Assembly (NCBI GenBank): GCA_963770895.1
Contig: CAVYRF010000001.1
Span: 1,952,001-2,016,000 of the forward strand
Reading direction: 5' to 3'
DNA from: an uncultured Acidobacteriota bacterium
GTDB taxonomy: Bacteria > Acidobacteriota > Thermoanaerobaculia > Multivoradales > UBA5704
DNA length: 64,000 nt
Below, in pieces: positions 30,019 to 41,653 of the stretch (position 1 is its first letter; each line of letters begins with the position of its first letter). The position numbers and the translations under genes were made by a program. The notes under the pieces were generated by a model, which saw only the letters and a program-made list of their open reading frames with translations, was not told the origin of the DNA and searched no databases.

Positions 30019-30974
30019 CCGAGCCGGCCGCGCCGCCGCCCGTCGTGGCGGTCGTGGGGGCGACGGCGACGGGCAAGAGCGCCTTGGGCGTGGCACTGGC
30101 GGAGCGACTGCCCGGCGGCGGCGAGATCGTCAATGCGGATGCCCTGCAGGTGTATCGCGGGTTCGACGTGGGGACGGCCAAACCGCCTGCCGCCGAGCGG
30201 GCGCGGGTGCCGCACCACTTGGTCGATATCCTGGATCCCGCCGAACGCTACTCGGCCGGCGAGTTCGCGCGGCGGGCGCGGCAGGCCATCGCCGGCATCC
30301 AGGAGCGGCGGCGCTGGCCGATCGTCGTCGGCGGCAGCGGTCTGTACCTGCGGGCGCTGCTGGCGGGGATCAGCCCGGTGCCGGCGGGCGACCCGGCGCT
30401 GCGCGAGCTGCTGCGTCTCCGCCTGGCCCAGGAGGGGCGCGCGCCGCTGCTCGCCCAACTGGCGCGGCTCGATCCGCCGACGGCGGCACGGCTGCCGCCG
30501 GGGGACACCCAGCGGGTGCTGCGGGCGCTCGAAGTGGCGCTCGCCTCGGGGCGTCCGTTGTCCTCGTGGCTTGAGGAGCAACCCTTTGGGATTCAGAACA
30601 TTGCAGCGATTCGCGTCGGATTGACGCTCCCTCGGGCCATCCTGTACGATCGAATCGCGGGTCGTGTGACCCAGATGGTGCAGGATGGTTGGGCGCAAGA
30701 GGTGCGCGGTCTGCTGGAGTCTGGCCTTTCCCCCAACCTGCCAGCGTTCCAGGCCATCGGGTATCGGCAATTGGTCTACCACGTCAGAGGGGAGTGGTCC
30801 TTGGGAAGGGCGATCGACGAAACAGTCCGGGCGACGCGTCGATTCGCCAAACGACAGGAGACCTGGTTTCGTAAAGAACCCGATGTGACCTGGTTCTCTG
30901 CAGAGGATCTGGATCGTCGGCTGCCTCAGGTCCTTGAACACGTCGAGCGCGGTATCGGGGAGGGTCGAGCATGA
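30015..30974 (+). CDS. miaA: tRNA dimethylallyltransferase
   Basis: GATATGKS, NADALQVYRGFDVGTAK, VGGSGLY, AIGYRQ, TRRFAKRQETWF. Confidence 0.96.
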   Translation: MTEPAAPPPVVAVVGATATGKSALGVALAERLPGGGEIVNADALQVYRGFDVGTAKPPAAERARVPHHLVDILDPAERYSAGEFARRARQAIAGIQERRRWPIVVGGSGLYLRALLAGISPVPAGDPALRELLRLRLAQEGRAPLLAQLARLDPPTAARLPPGDTQRVLRALEVALASGRPLSSWLEEQPFGIQNIAAIRVGLTLPRAILYDRIAGRVTQMVQDGWAQEVRGLLESGLSPNLPAFQAIGYRQLVYHVRGEWSLGRAIDETVRATRRFAKRQETWFRKEPDVTWFSAEDLDRRLPQVLEHVERGIGEGRA

Positions 30975-31180
30975 CAAAACACAACATCAACATCCAGGAT
31001 GGCTATCTTTTTCAAAGTCTGAAGGAAGGCCAGACAATGTATATCGAGCTGGTGACCGGAAATCATCTGCTCGGCCGCCTCAAGCGCTTTGACCGATTTG
31101 CCGTGGTGCTCGAAAGCGAAGGCAAAGAGATCCTGATCTACAAGCACGCCATCGCCACCATCGCGGTGGCTCCTGCGTAG
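30971..31180 (+). CDS. hfq: RNA chaperone Hfq
   Basis: NIQDGYL...FDRFAVVL...LIYKHAIATI; canonical miaA-hfq order. Confidence 0.92.
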   Translation: MTKHNINIQDGYLFQSLKEGQTMYIELVTGNHLLGRLKRFDRFAVVLESEGKEILIYKHAIATIAVAPA

Positions 31181-31418
31181 GGATGAAGCCGCCGTCCGCA
31201 TTGATTTCCTGACCAACCCAAGTCCGCCGCCCGCGCCGGCCAGGCGCCGGCGGCGGAGCTGGCTCGCCCCGCAAACCAGGCGAACCGATCGGCGGACGCC
31301 GCCGCCGGCCGACGGCGTGGCACCAGGCGCCGGTTCAGGTATCCTCTTTGCACCGCAAGGCAGGCAGGAGGAGCGTGTGCGCGACGCATCACATCTCGAT
31401 CTGAGGAGGGAGCGGACC

Positions 31419-32816
31419 GTGCCGGCCCTGCTGCGTGCCGTCGACCAGCTTGCCGCCGCGCGGCGCTCTGCCGGGTTGCTTGGCGCGGTGCTGCTGGCCG
31501 TGGTCCTGCTGTGCGCTTCCTGCGCCGAGCGCCAGCCGCCGGCGCCGCCCCAGGCGCCGCCCGAAACCGCGGCATCGGTGCTGCTGCACCGCGAGCGCCC
31601 CTACCTGCTCAACCCGCTGGAAGGCTACGCGCAAAACATCGACCCCATCCGCCGCGACCGGCTGAGCCGCGCCTATACCGACCTGGTCGACAACGGCAGC
31701 GTCGCCGCCGCGGCGGACACCGCGAGCGACCTGCTGGGCGTGGCCTCGTCGCTCGCCCCCGCCAAGGTGCTGGCGGCGCAGACCGATTTCGCCCAATCCC
31801 ACTTTCGCGCCGTGGTCGATCGGCTGCTGCCGGTCGGCGACGCCCAGCCCAACTACACGGCGAGCCAGATGCTCCTGGGCCGCGCCGCCGAGCTGCTGGG
31901 CGACGTGCCGCTCGCCTACGCCGCCTATCGCGCCATCGCCCCGCGCAGCCGCAAGGCGCTGGAGCGCACCGGCGACCTGCACGCGCGCGCCCTGCAGATC
32001 GTCGCCCAGCGCCTGGACGCCGCGCTGCGCGGCACGGCGCCGGACCGCCTGGCGGAGGCCCAGCGGCAGCTGGCCCTGCTGCAGGCCTGGGCGCCGGGCG
32101 AGCCGCCGGCCCTGGAAGGCGCCCGCGCCCTGGCGGTGGCGCGCCACGACCCGCGGGCCGAGCTGGAGGCGGTCAAGGGCCTGTCGGCGCGCGCGCCGGA
32201 CGACCGCGAGCTGCTGGAGCGGCGCTCGACCCTGGAGCTGGAGGTGGGCGACCCCGGCACCGGCCTCAAGATCGTCCAGGACCTGGCGGAGCGCCATCCC
32301 GGCGATGCGGAGCTGGCAGACAAGGTGCGCTACGCCAAGTTCCGCTGGCGCCTGTCGCTGCTGCCGGCGGACGTGCGCGCCATGGCCGCCAAGCCGGAGA
32401 TCAGCCGCGCCGACTTTTCGGTGCTGCTCTACTGGCTGGTGCCGACCGTGCGCTACGCCAAGCCCGGCGCCGGCCGCATCGCCACCGACCTGCTCGACGA
32501 CCCCCACCGGGAGGAGATCGTCCACGTCCTCAACCTGGGCCTGCTCGACGTGGACCCCAACCTGCACCGTTTCTCGCCGGCGGCGACGGTGCGCCGCGGC
32601 GTGGCGCTGCGCTGCCTGGCGCGCCTGCTGACCGGCTTCGGCAGCCACCTGACCTGCGCCCAGCAGGCCGGCGGCCCGGCGGCCAATCCCTGCAGCCTGG
32701 CGGTGTCGTGCGGCTTGATCACCGACGACGACGCGTGCGACGCCGGCGAGGCCTTGGCGGGCGCCGACGCGCTCGACTGGATCCAGCGCAGCCTGGTGCT
32801 GCTCGGCGGCGTATGA
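31419..32816 (+). CDS. Putative lipoprotein with TPR-like region and C-terminal SLH-like domain
   Basis: AGGAGG before GTG 31419 (alternative starts 31317, 31377); LLCASC; ISRADFSVLL...VLNLGLLDVDPNLHRFSPAATVRRG. Confidence 0.65.
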   Translation: MPALLRAVDQLAAARRSAGLLGAVLLAVVLLCASCAERQPPAPPQAPPETAASVLLHRERPYLLNPLEGYAQNIDPIRRDRLSRAYTDLVDNGSVAAAADTASDLLGVASSLAPAKVLAAQTDFAQSHFRAVVDRLLPVGDAQPNYTASQMLLGRAAELLGDVPLAYAAYRAIAPRSRKALERTGDLHARALQIVAQRLDAALRGTAPDRLAEAQRQLALLQAWAPGEPPALEGARALAVARHDPRAELEAVKGLSARAPDDRELLERRSTLELEVGDPGTGLKIVQDLAERHPGDAELADKVRYAKFRWRLSLLPADVRAMAAKPEISRADFSVLLYWLVPTVRYAKPGAGRIATDLLDDPHREEIVHVLNLGLLDVDPNLHRFSPAATVRRGVALRCLARLLTGFGSHLTCAQQAGGPAANPCSLAVSCGLITDDDACDAGEALAGADALDWIQRSLVLLGGV

Positions 32817-33397
32817 AATTTACCGTTCCCAACCTGCTGTCGCTGCTGCGCATGGCGCTGGTGGCGCCGTTCATCATCGCGCTGCTCAACAACCAGATCG
32901 CGCGCGCGCTGGTGATCGTCGTCGTCGCCGGCGTCTCGGACGTGGTGGACGGCTTCATCGCCCGCTTCTTCCACCAGGAATCGCTGCTCGGCACGTACCT
33001 CGACCCGCTCGCCGACAAGCTGCTGGTGATGGCCGCCTTCGTGGTGCTGTCCCTGCCCGGCGTGCAGCACCGCTTCGCGATCCCCGCCTGGGTGGCGGTC
33101 GTGGTCATCAGCCGCGACGTGCTGCTGGTCATCGTCGCCCTGGTGCTCTACCTGGCGGCGGGGCTGCGCCGCTTCCCGCCGTCGGTGCTCAGCAAGATCA
33201 CCACCCTGTTCCAGATCGGCACCGTGCTGCTGGTGCTGCTGGCCAACCTGTGGCCGGAGCTGGACACCGCCGCCCTGGTGCTGCTCTACGTGGTGGCGGC
33301 GCTCACCCTGGCCTCCGGCCTGCACTACGTGTGGCGGGCCAACCGCCTGTTCGAGATCAACGCGCAGCCCGCGCCGCCGGCCGGCGACCGGCCCTGA
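32813..33397 (+). CDS. CDP-alcohol phosphatidyltransferase (PgsA/Cls-like)
   Basis: TVPNLLSLLR, DVVDGFIAR, LGTYLDPLADK; ATGA overlap with upstream gene. Confidence 0.92.
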   Translation: MKFTVPNLLSLLRMALVAPFIIALLNNQIARALVIVVVAGVSDVVDGFIARFFHQESLLGTYLDPLADKLLVMAAFVVLSLPGVQHRFAIPAWVAVVVISRDVLLVIVALVLYLAAGLRRFPPSVLSKITTLFQIGTVLLVLLANLWPELDTAALVLLYVVAALTLASGLHYVWRANRLFEINAQPAPPAGDRP

Positions 33398-33462
33398 CGC
33401 GCGCCGCACGCGCCGACAGACTACCCGGTTCTGCTACCATGGCCTGAGACCGCTAGCGCGCG

Positions 33463-36966
<3,504 letters not shown>

Positions 36967-36989
36967 CGGCCGCCCCCCCAACCCCCCTC

Positions 36990-38378
36990 ATGGCAGCCCC
37001 GGAGCGGCCGTTGGCGCAGGTCGGCCAGCTCGACGGCGCCCTGGCGCACCGCGTCGCCGTCGTGGCCCAGGCCGCGGCCGCGCTGGGAATCGAAACCTGG
37101 CTGGTGGGCGGCACCGTCCGCGACCTGCTCCTCGGCAGGCAAAGCCCCGACCTCGACTTCGTGGCCGTCGGCGACGGCTGCGCGCTCGCCGCCGCCGTGG
37201 AGCGCCAGCTGGGCGGGCGGCTCCTGCTGCACCCCGCCTTCCTGACCGCCGACCTGGTCGACGCCCAAGGCACCCACCTCGACATCGCCACCGCCCGCCA
37301 GGAAACCTATCGCGCCATGGCGGCGCTGCCCACCGTGGCGCCAGGCACGCTCGCCGAAGACCTGCGCCGCCGCGACTTCACCATCAACACCCTGGCCTTG
37401 CCGCTTACCGCCGCCATGCAGCCAGCGGCGGCGCTGGACCTGTCGGCGGTGGTGGACCTTTTTGATGGCCGCCGCGACCTGGCGGCTGGGGCGCTGCGGG
37501 TGCTGCACGACCGGTCGTTTCTGGACGATCCGACGCGCGTGCTGCGCGGAGTGCGCTTCGAAGTGCGGCTGGGGATGCGGATGACGCCGGAGACCGAGGG
37601 ACTGGCGCGCCAATCCCTCGCGGCCGGAGCCTTCGCACGGCTGACCGGCGGCCGCCTGCGGCACGAGCTGGAGCTGCTGTTGGAAAGCGACCAGGCGATC
37701 GCCGGGATCGAGCGGCTGGCGGATCTCGGAGTGCTGGCCGCCGTGCACCAGGACCTGACGCTGGACGACGCCGGCCGGCGCCGTCTGCGCGACGCGACGA
37801 TCGAGCACGCCTGGTACCGTGCCGCCTGCGGCCCGCCGGTGCCGCGGCGCTGGCTGGTGCTGCTGATGGCGCTGCTGGCCGGGCTGGACGCGCCGCGGCG
37901 CCGCGAGGCTGCCGAGCGGCTGTTGCTTGCCGGCGAGGAGCTGCGTCTGGCGGCGAGCGCCGTTGGCGGCGCTGGAAGCAGCGGAGCCGCCAGCGAAAAT
38001 GGAGGCACCGGCGCCATCGCCAAGGACGGCGGCAGCGACCTGTTGGCCGCGACCGCCGCGCGCCTCTGCGCCGGCACCACCGCCAGCCAGGCGGATGCGG
38101 CTCTGGCGCCGCTGGTCCCCGAAGAGCTGATCCTGTTCGCCGCGCAGGCGGGAACGGTGGCGCGGTCTTGGGTCCGCCGCTATGCCACCGAGCTGCGGCC
38201 GTTCAAGTTGGCGATCGGCGGCGCCGACCTGGTAGCGGCCGGCGCCCGCCCGGGGCCGGCTATCGGCGCCGCACTACGCGCCACACGCGCCGCCCGCCTG
38301 GACGGCTCGATCGACACCCGCGACGAATTGGCCTTCGCGCTCAACTATCTTTCCAAGCCCGCCGGCGCTCAGCCCTGA
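36990..38378 (+). CDS. tRNA nucleotidyltransferase (CCA/A-adding family, no N-terminal DHH/CBS)
   Basis: LVGGTVRDLLL, DLD, DIATARQE, DLRRRDFTIN, SFLDDPTRVLRGVRF. Confidence 0.88.
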   Translation: MAAPERPLAQVGQLDGALAHRVAVVAQAAAALGIETWLVGGTVRDLLLGRQSPDLDFVAVGDGCALAAAVERQLGGRLLLHPAFLTADLVDAQGTHLDIATARQETYRAMAALPTVAPGTLAEDLRRRDFTINTLALPLTAAMQPAAALDLSAVVDLFDGRRDLAAGALRVLHDRSFLDDPTRVLRGVRFEVRLGMRMTPETEGLARQSLAAGAFARLTGGRLRHELELLLESDQAIAGIERLADLGVLAAVHQDLTLDDAGRRRLRDATIEHAWYRAACGPPVPRRWLVLLMALLAGLDAPRRREAAERLLLAGEELRLAASAVGGAGSSGAASENGGTGAIAKDGGSDLLAATAARLCAGTTASQADAALAPLVPEELILFAAQAGTVARSWVRRYATELRPFKLAIGGADLVAAGARPGPAIGAALRATRAARLDGSIDTRDELAFALNYLSKPAGAQP

Positions 38379-38434
38379 GCGGCCCGAGCCGAGTCGCCGC
38401 CGGCGCCAGCTGACGTAACACCTGCGCGGGTGAT

Positions 38435-38463
38435 TTGCACGGATATTGCCAACTTGGTAAAAT
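38435..38463 (+). promoter_or_regulatory. Sigma70-like promoter of the Cys-rich gene
   Basis: TTGCAC-17 nt-TAAAAT in an AT-rich intergenic patch, followed by an AAGGAG RBS. Confidence 0.6.
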
Positions 38464-38504
38464 AGCGAATAAATCCAAACTATTTCTTTCTGAAAGGAGA
38501 GTCG

Positions 38505-38846
38505 ATGAGAAAGCTGCTCTTGGCCCTGGGGCTGGTAGCCGCGGTGCTCACCGCCTTCTATCCGCCGGCCCCGGCGGCGGCGTCGTCGGAAAAATGCTCC
38601 ACCACCTGCAGCCCCTCGGGCGCCGTGCTCAACTGCATGGTGGCGAACGGCTCCTGCAGCAGCACGAACACGTCGGTCACCTGCTGCGGCCAGACCCACT
38701 CCTGTACCCCCAACAACGACTGGTGGGACTGCATCGAGGCATGCATCCACGGCAGTGCAGCCTGCACCGGCAAGACCTGCCCGGACATCCAGCAAGGCTG
38801 CATCCAGGGCTGCGGGTCCGCGCCTCCAACCAACTTCTCCTGCTGA
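38505..38846 (+). CDS. Small secreted cysteine-rich protein (14 Cys)
   Basis: Signal peptide MRKLLLALGLVAAVLTAFYPPAPAAA; 14 Cys in the ~87-aa mature region; strong RBS. Confidence 0.85.
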   Translation: MRKLLLALGLVAAVLTAFYPPAPAAASSEKCSTTCSPSGAVLNCMVANGSCSSTNTSVTCCGQTHSCTPNNDWWDCIEACIHGSAACTGKTCPDIQQGCIQGCGSAPPTNFSC

Positions 38847-39023
38847 CTCCGCCGCCGGCAGGCGCCTCCGCGCGCCTGCCGGCCGCCTCCCCGACACCGG
38901 CATCCGCCAGCGTACCCGTATCACCAACGACCAGCCGGAACACAACCGCAGCCGGTAGGTGGTATGGCGGCGGCTTCGGTCCCATGTAACATGCGCAGGG
39001 GTGATTTGCATCGATACCAGGCG

Positions 39024-39749
39024 ATGGAGCGATTCTCGTCCGCAATGATCGGCCTGCCGCTCAGGCGTTCCGCCGCCGCGCTCGCATGGTGCCTTGGCGC
39101 CGCCGTGCTGCTGGGTGGTTTGCTGTGCGCGTCGGCTGCCGCGGCGCCCGCCGGCGACCCGGTGCCGCCGACGGGCAGGTCGTTTGAGGTGCTGCGGCTG
39201 GACTGCGCCAGCACGCTGGGGCGGCGGGAGGTGACGCTCTTCGGCAACGGCACGATCCGGCTGCGCGACGGGCCGCTGGGCAAGGAATGGATGGGGCTCG
39301 CCGAGCTGGGGCCCGACGACCTGGATGACGTTCTGCACAGGCTGGGTGAGCTGGAGCTTCCGGACAGCATGGGGCTGCCGCAGGGGGTGATGGGGGATTG
39401 GATCGAAAAGTGCGACCTGGTCGTCGAGCTGCCCGGCAAGACCCGGCGCAAGTTCTTCTTTGGGCGCCACGACACGTTGCCGCTCGGCCTGTCGCGCGTC
39501 GTGCACCTGGCGGAGGAGCTGGGCGCCAAGGTGGCGACGACCAACACCAGCGAGCACCTGCCCGAAGGCTACCAGCCCAAGATGGACGACGTGCTCAAGC
39601 GCACCGACGGCCACCAGTTTCGGGTGGTCAACTTCACCAGCGACAAGAAGGGCGTCGAGCTCGACGGCATCGACCAGCCGCTGCACCTGATCGTGCTCAA
39701 GGAGCAGATGCGGCTGGAGTTCGTCGGCTTGATCTCGCGCCAGCCGTGA
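39024..39749 (+). CDS. Hypothetical exported protein
   Basis: Hydrophobic signal followed by a globular-looking sequence with host-like codon usage. Confidence 0.75.
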   Translation: MERFSSAMIGLPLRRSAAALAWCLGAAVLLGGLLCASAAAAPAGDPVPPTGRSFEVLRLDCASTLGRREVTLFGNGTIRLRDGPLGKEWMGLAELGPDDLDDVLHRLGELELPDSMGLPQGVMGDWIEKCDLVVELPGKTRRKFFFGRHDTLPLGLSRVVHLAEELGAKVATTNTSEHLPEGYQPKMDDVLKRTDGHQFRVVNFTSDKKGVELDGIDQPLHLIVLKEQMRLEFVGLISRQP

Positions 39750-39771
39750 CCCTGATGGGCGGGACACCGCG

Positions 39772-40473
39772 ATGAGTCCCGGCGGCGCCAGCCGCTCGCT
39801 GGGCGGCGTGCGCGCCACCGGCGGCACCTTCCGCGGCCGGCCGCTGAGCGTCCCAGCCGGCGCCCGCCCGACCGAAGCGCGAGTGCGCGAAGCCCTCTTC
39901 TCGATCTGGCGCGACCCCCTGGAAACCGGCACCTGCAACTTCCTCGACCTCTTCGCCGGCAGCGGCGTCGTGGCCATCGAAGCCGCCGGCCGCGGCGCCC
40001 TGCACGTCCTGGCGATCGACGACGACGCCCAGGCGGTGCGCCTGATCGCCGCCAATGCCGCCGCCATGGTCGCCACGCCCCCAGCCGGTGCCGCGCCCCC
40101 ACCCGGCACTGCGCGCGCATCCGGTACCGACCCGGCCGACCCCCGCCCTCGCCCGCGGCACGGTGCCCCGCCGCTGATCGCCTGCCGGCGCCTGACCCTA
40201 CCCGCCGGCCTCGCGCGCCTGGCCGCCGAAGGCCCGTTCGACCTGATCTTTGCCGACCCCCCGTACAACTTCGACGCCTACCAGGCGCTCCTGGACACCC
40301 TGCCGCCGCTGCTCGCCGCCGACGGCGAGATCGCCGTCGAACACTCCACGCGCCGCGACCTGCCGCCGATCGCCGGCGCCGCCACCACCGCTGGCCTGGT
40401 CCGCACCGGCGTCCGGCGGTACGGAGAAAGCAGCCTCAGCTTCTATCGCCACGACGTGCGGCCTCTCCAGTAG
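39772..40473 (+). CDS. rsmD: 16S rRNA m2G966 methyltransferase
   Basis: GGTFRGR, RPTEARVREALF, FLDLFAGSG, IFADPPY, RRYGES. Confidence 0.9.
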   Translation: MSPGGASRSLGGVRATGGTFRGRPLSVPAGARPTEARVREALFSIWRDPLETGTCNFLDLFAGSGVVAIEAAGRGALHVLAIDDDAQAVRLIAANAAAMVATPPAGAAPPPGTARASGTDPADPRPRPRHGAPPLIACRRLTLPAGLARLAAEGPFDLIFADPPYNFDAYQALLDTLPPLLAADGEIAVEHSTRRDLPPIAGAATTAGLVRTGVRRYGESSLSFYRHDVRPLQ

Positions 40474-40557
40474 GAGGGGCGCCGCTTCTGGTGCATGACA
40501 GCGAGGATCCTGATGGATCCCGAATTCCGCCAGAGGGTGGAAGGCGTAGCCGGTCAC
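40443..40557 (-). pseudogene. RelE/ParE toxin remnant with internal deletion
   Basis: GTG-TGYAFHPLAE (N-terminus) joined out of frame to IRILAVMHQKRRPSYWRGR (C-terminus); GTGA overlap with the antitoxin stop. Confidence 0.7.
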
Positions 40558-40784
40558 GATATCTCGGCGGCGGCTCTCCGAAGTACTTCGTCGCCCGGAA
40601 GTGGCTCCACCTGCCCGCTCTGCAGCTCCTGCTGCCGGCGCTCCGCTTCGGCAAGCCAAAGCCGCTCGTTTTCTGCCTCCGAAACGCCTTCAAGGCTGCG
40701 CAGAAGCTTCGCGGCTAGCGCTGCGCGGTCATCGAGCTTCAGTTCCAGAGCTGCTTCTTCGACGTCTTCCAGCTTCCGTGACAT
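40554..40784 (-). CDS. Putative addiction-module antitoxin component
   Basis: AALELKLDDRAALAAKLLRSL...WLAEAERRQQELQSGQVEPLPGDEV; AGGAG RBS. Confidence 0.85.
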   Translation of the reverse strand: MSRKLEDVEEAALELKLDDRAALAAKLLRSLEGVSEAENERLWLAEAERRQQELQSGQVEPLPGDEVLRRAAAEIS

Positions 40785-40858
40785 GGGTTTCTCCTACCCG
40801 CGACACAAGTGTACCGCGGCAGGGCTGCACCAGCAGACGGACCGAGCCCTGGGCGGCC

Positions 40859-41476
40859 TTATCGTGTCCCCAATTCCCCGGCCGGGGCCGCCGCCTTCTG
40901 GCGCAGCTCGCCGACCAGGTCTTCCGCCGGGGTGATGCGGGCGAAGCGTTCGCGCAGCATGAACTCCGTGCGGTGCCGGATGTCGTCCGTGGAGAGCTCT
41001 TCGCCGGTGGCGCGGTTGAGGATGGGGAAGGTCAGCGTGCCGTCCATCACGAAGTCCACGTCGTAACCTAGATCCGCCGCCAGCCGCGCGCTGGTTTCGC
41101 AGCACTGCTCGGTCTGAATCCCGGTGATCGCCAGCCGCCGCACGCCGCCCTTGTCCAGGATCTGCTGCAGGTCGGTGCTGGTGAAGGCGTTGCGCGTCGT
41201 CTTGATCAGCACCCGCTCTTCCGCCCGCGGCGCGATGAAATCCATCAGCTTGAAATAGGGGCTGGTCTGGCTGAACGGCTCGTCGTCGTCCGTGTGCAGC
41301 ACGAAGATCACCGGCAGCTCCGCCTGGCGATAGGCATCGATCAAGCGGCCGACGTTCGCTTCGAAGTCCGGATTGCTGCGCCGCGCCCACCGCTCCGGCG
41401 TCGCCTTGAACGAGTCCTGCACGTCGATCACCAGCAGCGCCGAGCTCTCGATCGGCAGCTTTTTTGCGTCGCTCAT
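40859..41476 (-). CDS. Isochorismatase-family cysteine hydrolase
   Basis: ALLVIDVQ, KTTRNAFTST, ITGIQTEQCCETSAR. Confidence 0.9.
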   Translation of the reverse strand: MSDAKKLPIESSALLVIDVQDSFKATPERWARRSNPDFEANVGRLIDAYRQAELPVIFVLHTDDDEPFSQTSPYFKLMDFIAPRAEERVLIKTTRNAFTSTDLQQILDKGGVRRLAITGIQTEQCCETSARLAADLGYDVDFVMDGTLTFPILNRATGEELSTDDIRHRTEFMLRERFARITPAEDLVGELRQKAAAPAGELGTR

Positions 41477-41653
41477 CAGTTTCTCCTTGGCGTCATGGCA
41501 CCGCGTCGGCCGGGTCACCCCGCCGCAAGGGCGAGGCTGGTCGTGGACCCGGCCAACCGGGCCATCCAGGCCAGCAAGTTTATCAGCCCCGGCGGTCCGG
41601 CGGCGGTCCGGCAGGGCAGGCGCGGTGGCGCTCTGCGGTAGGATCGTGCCGCT

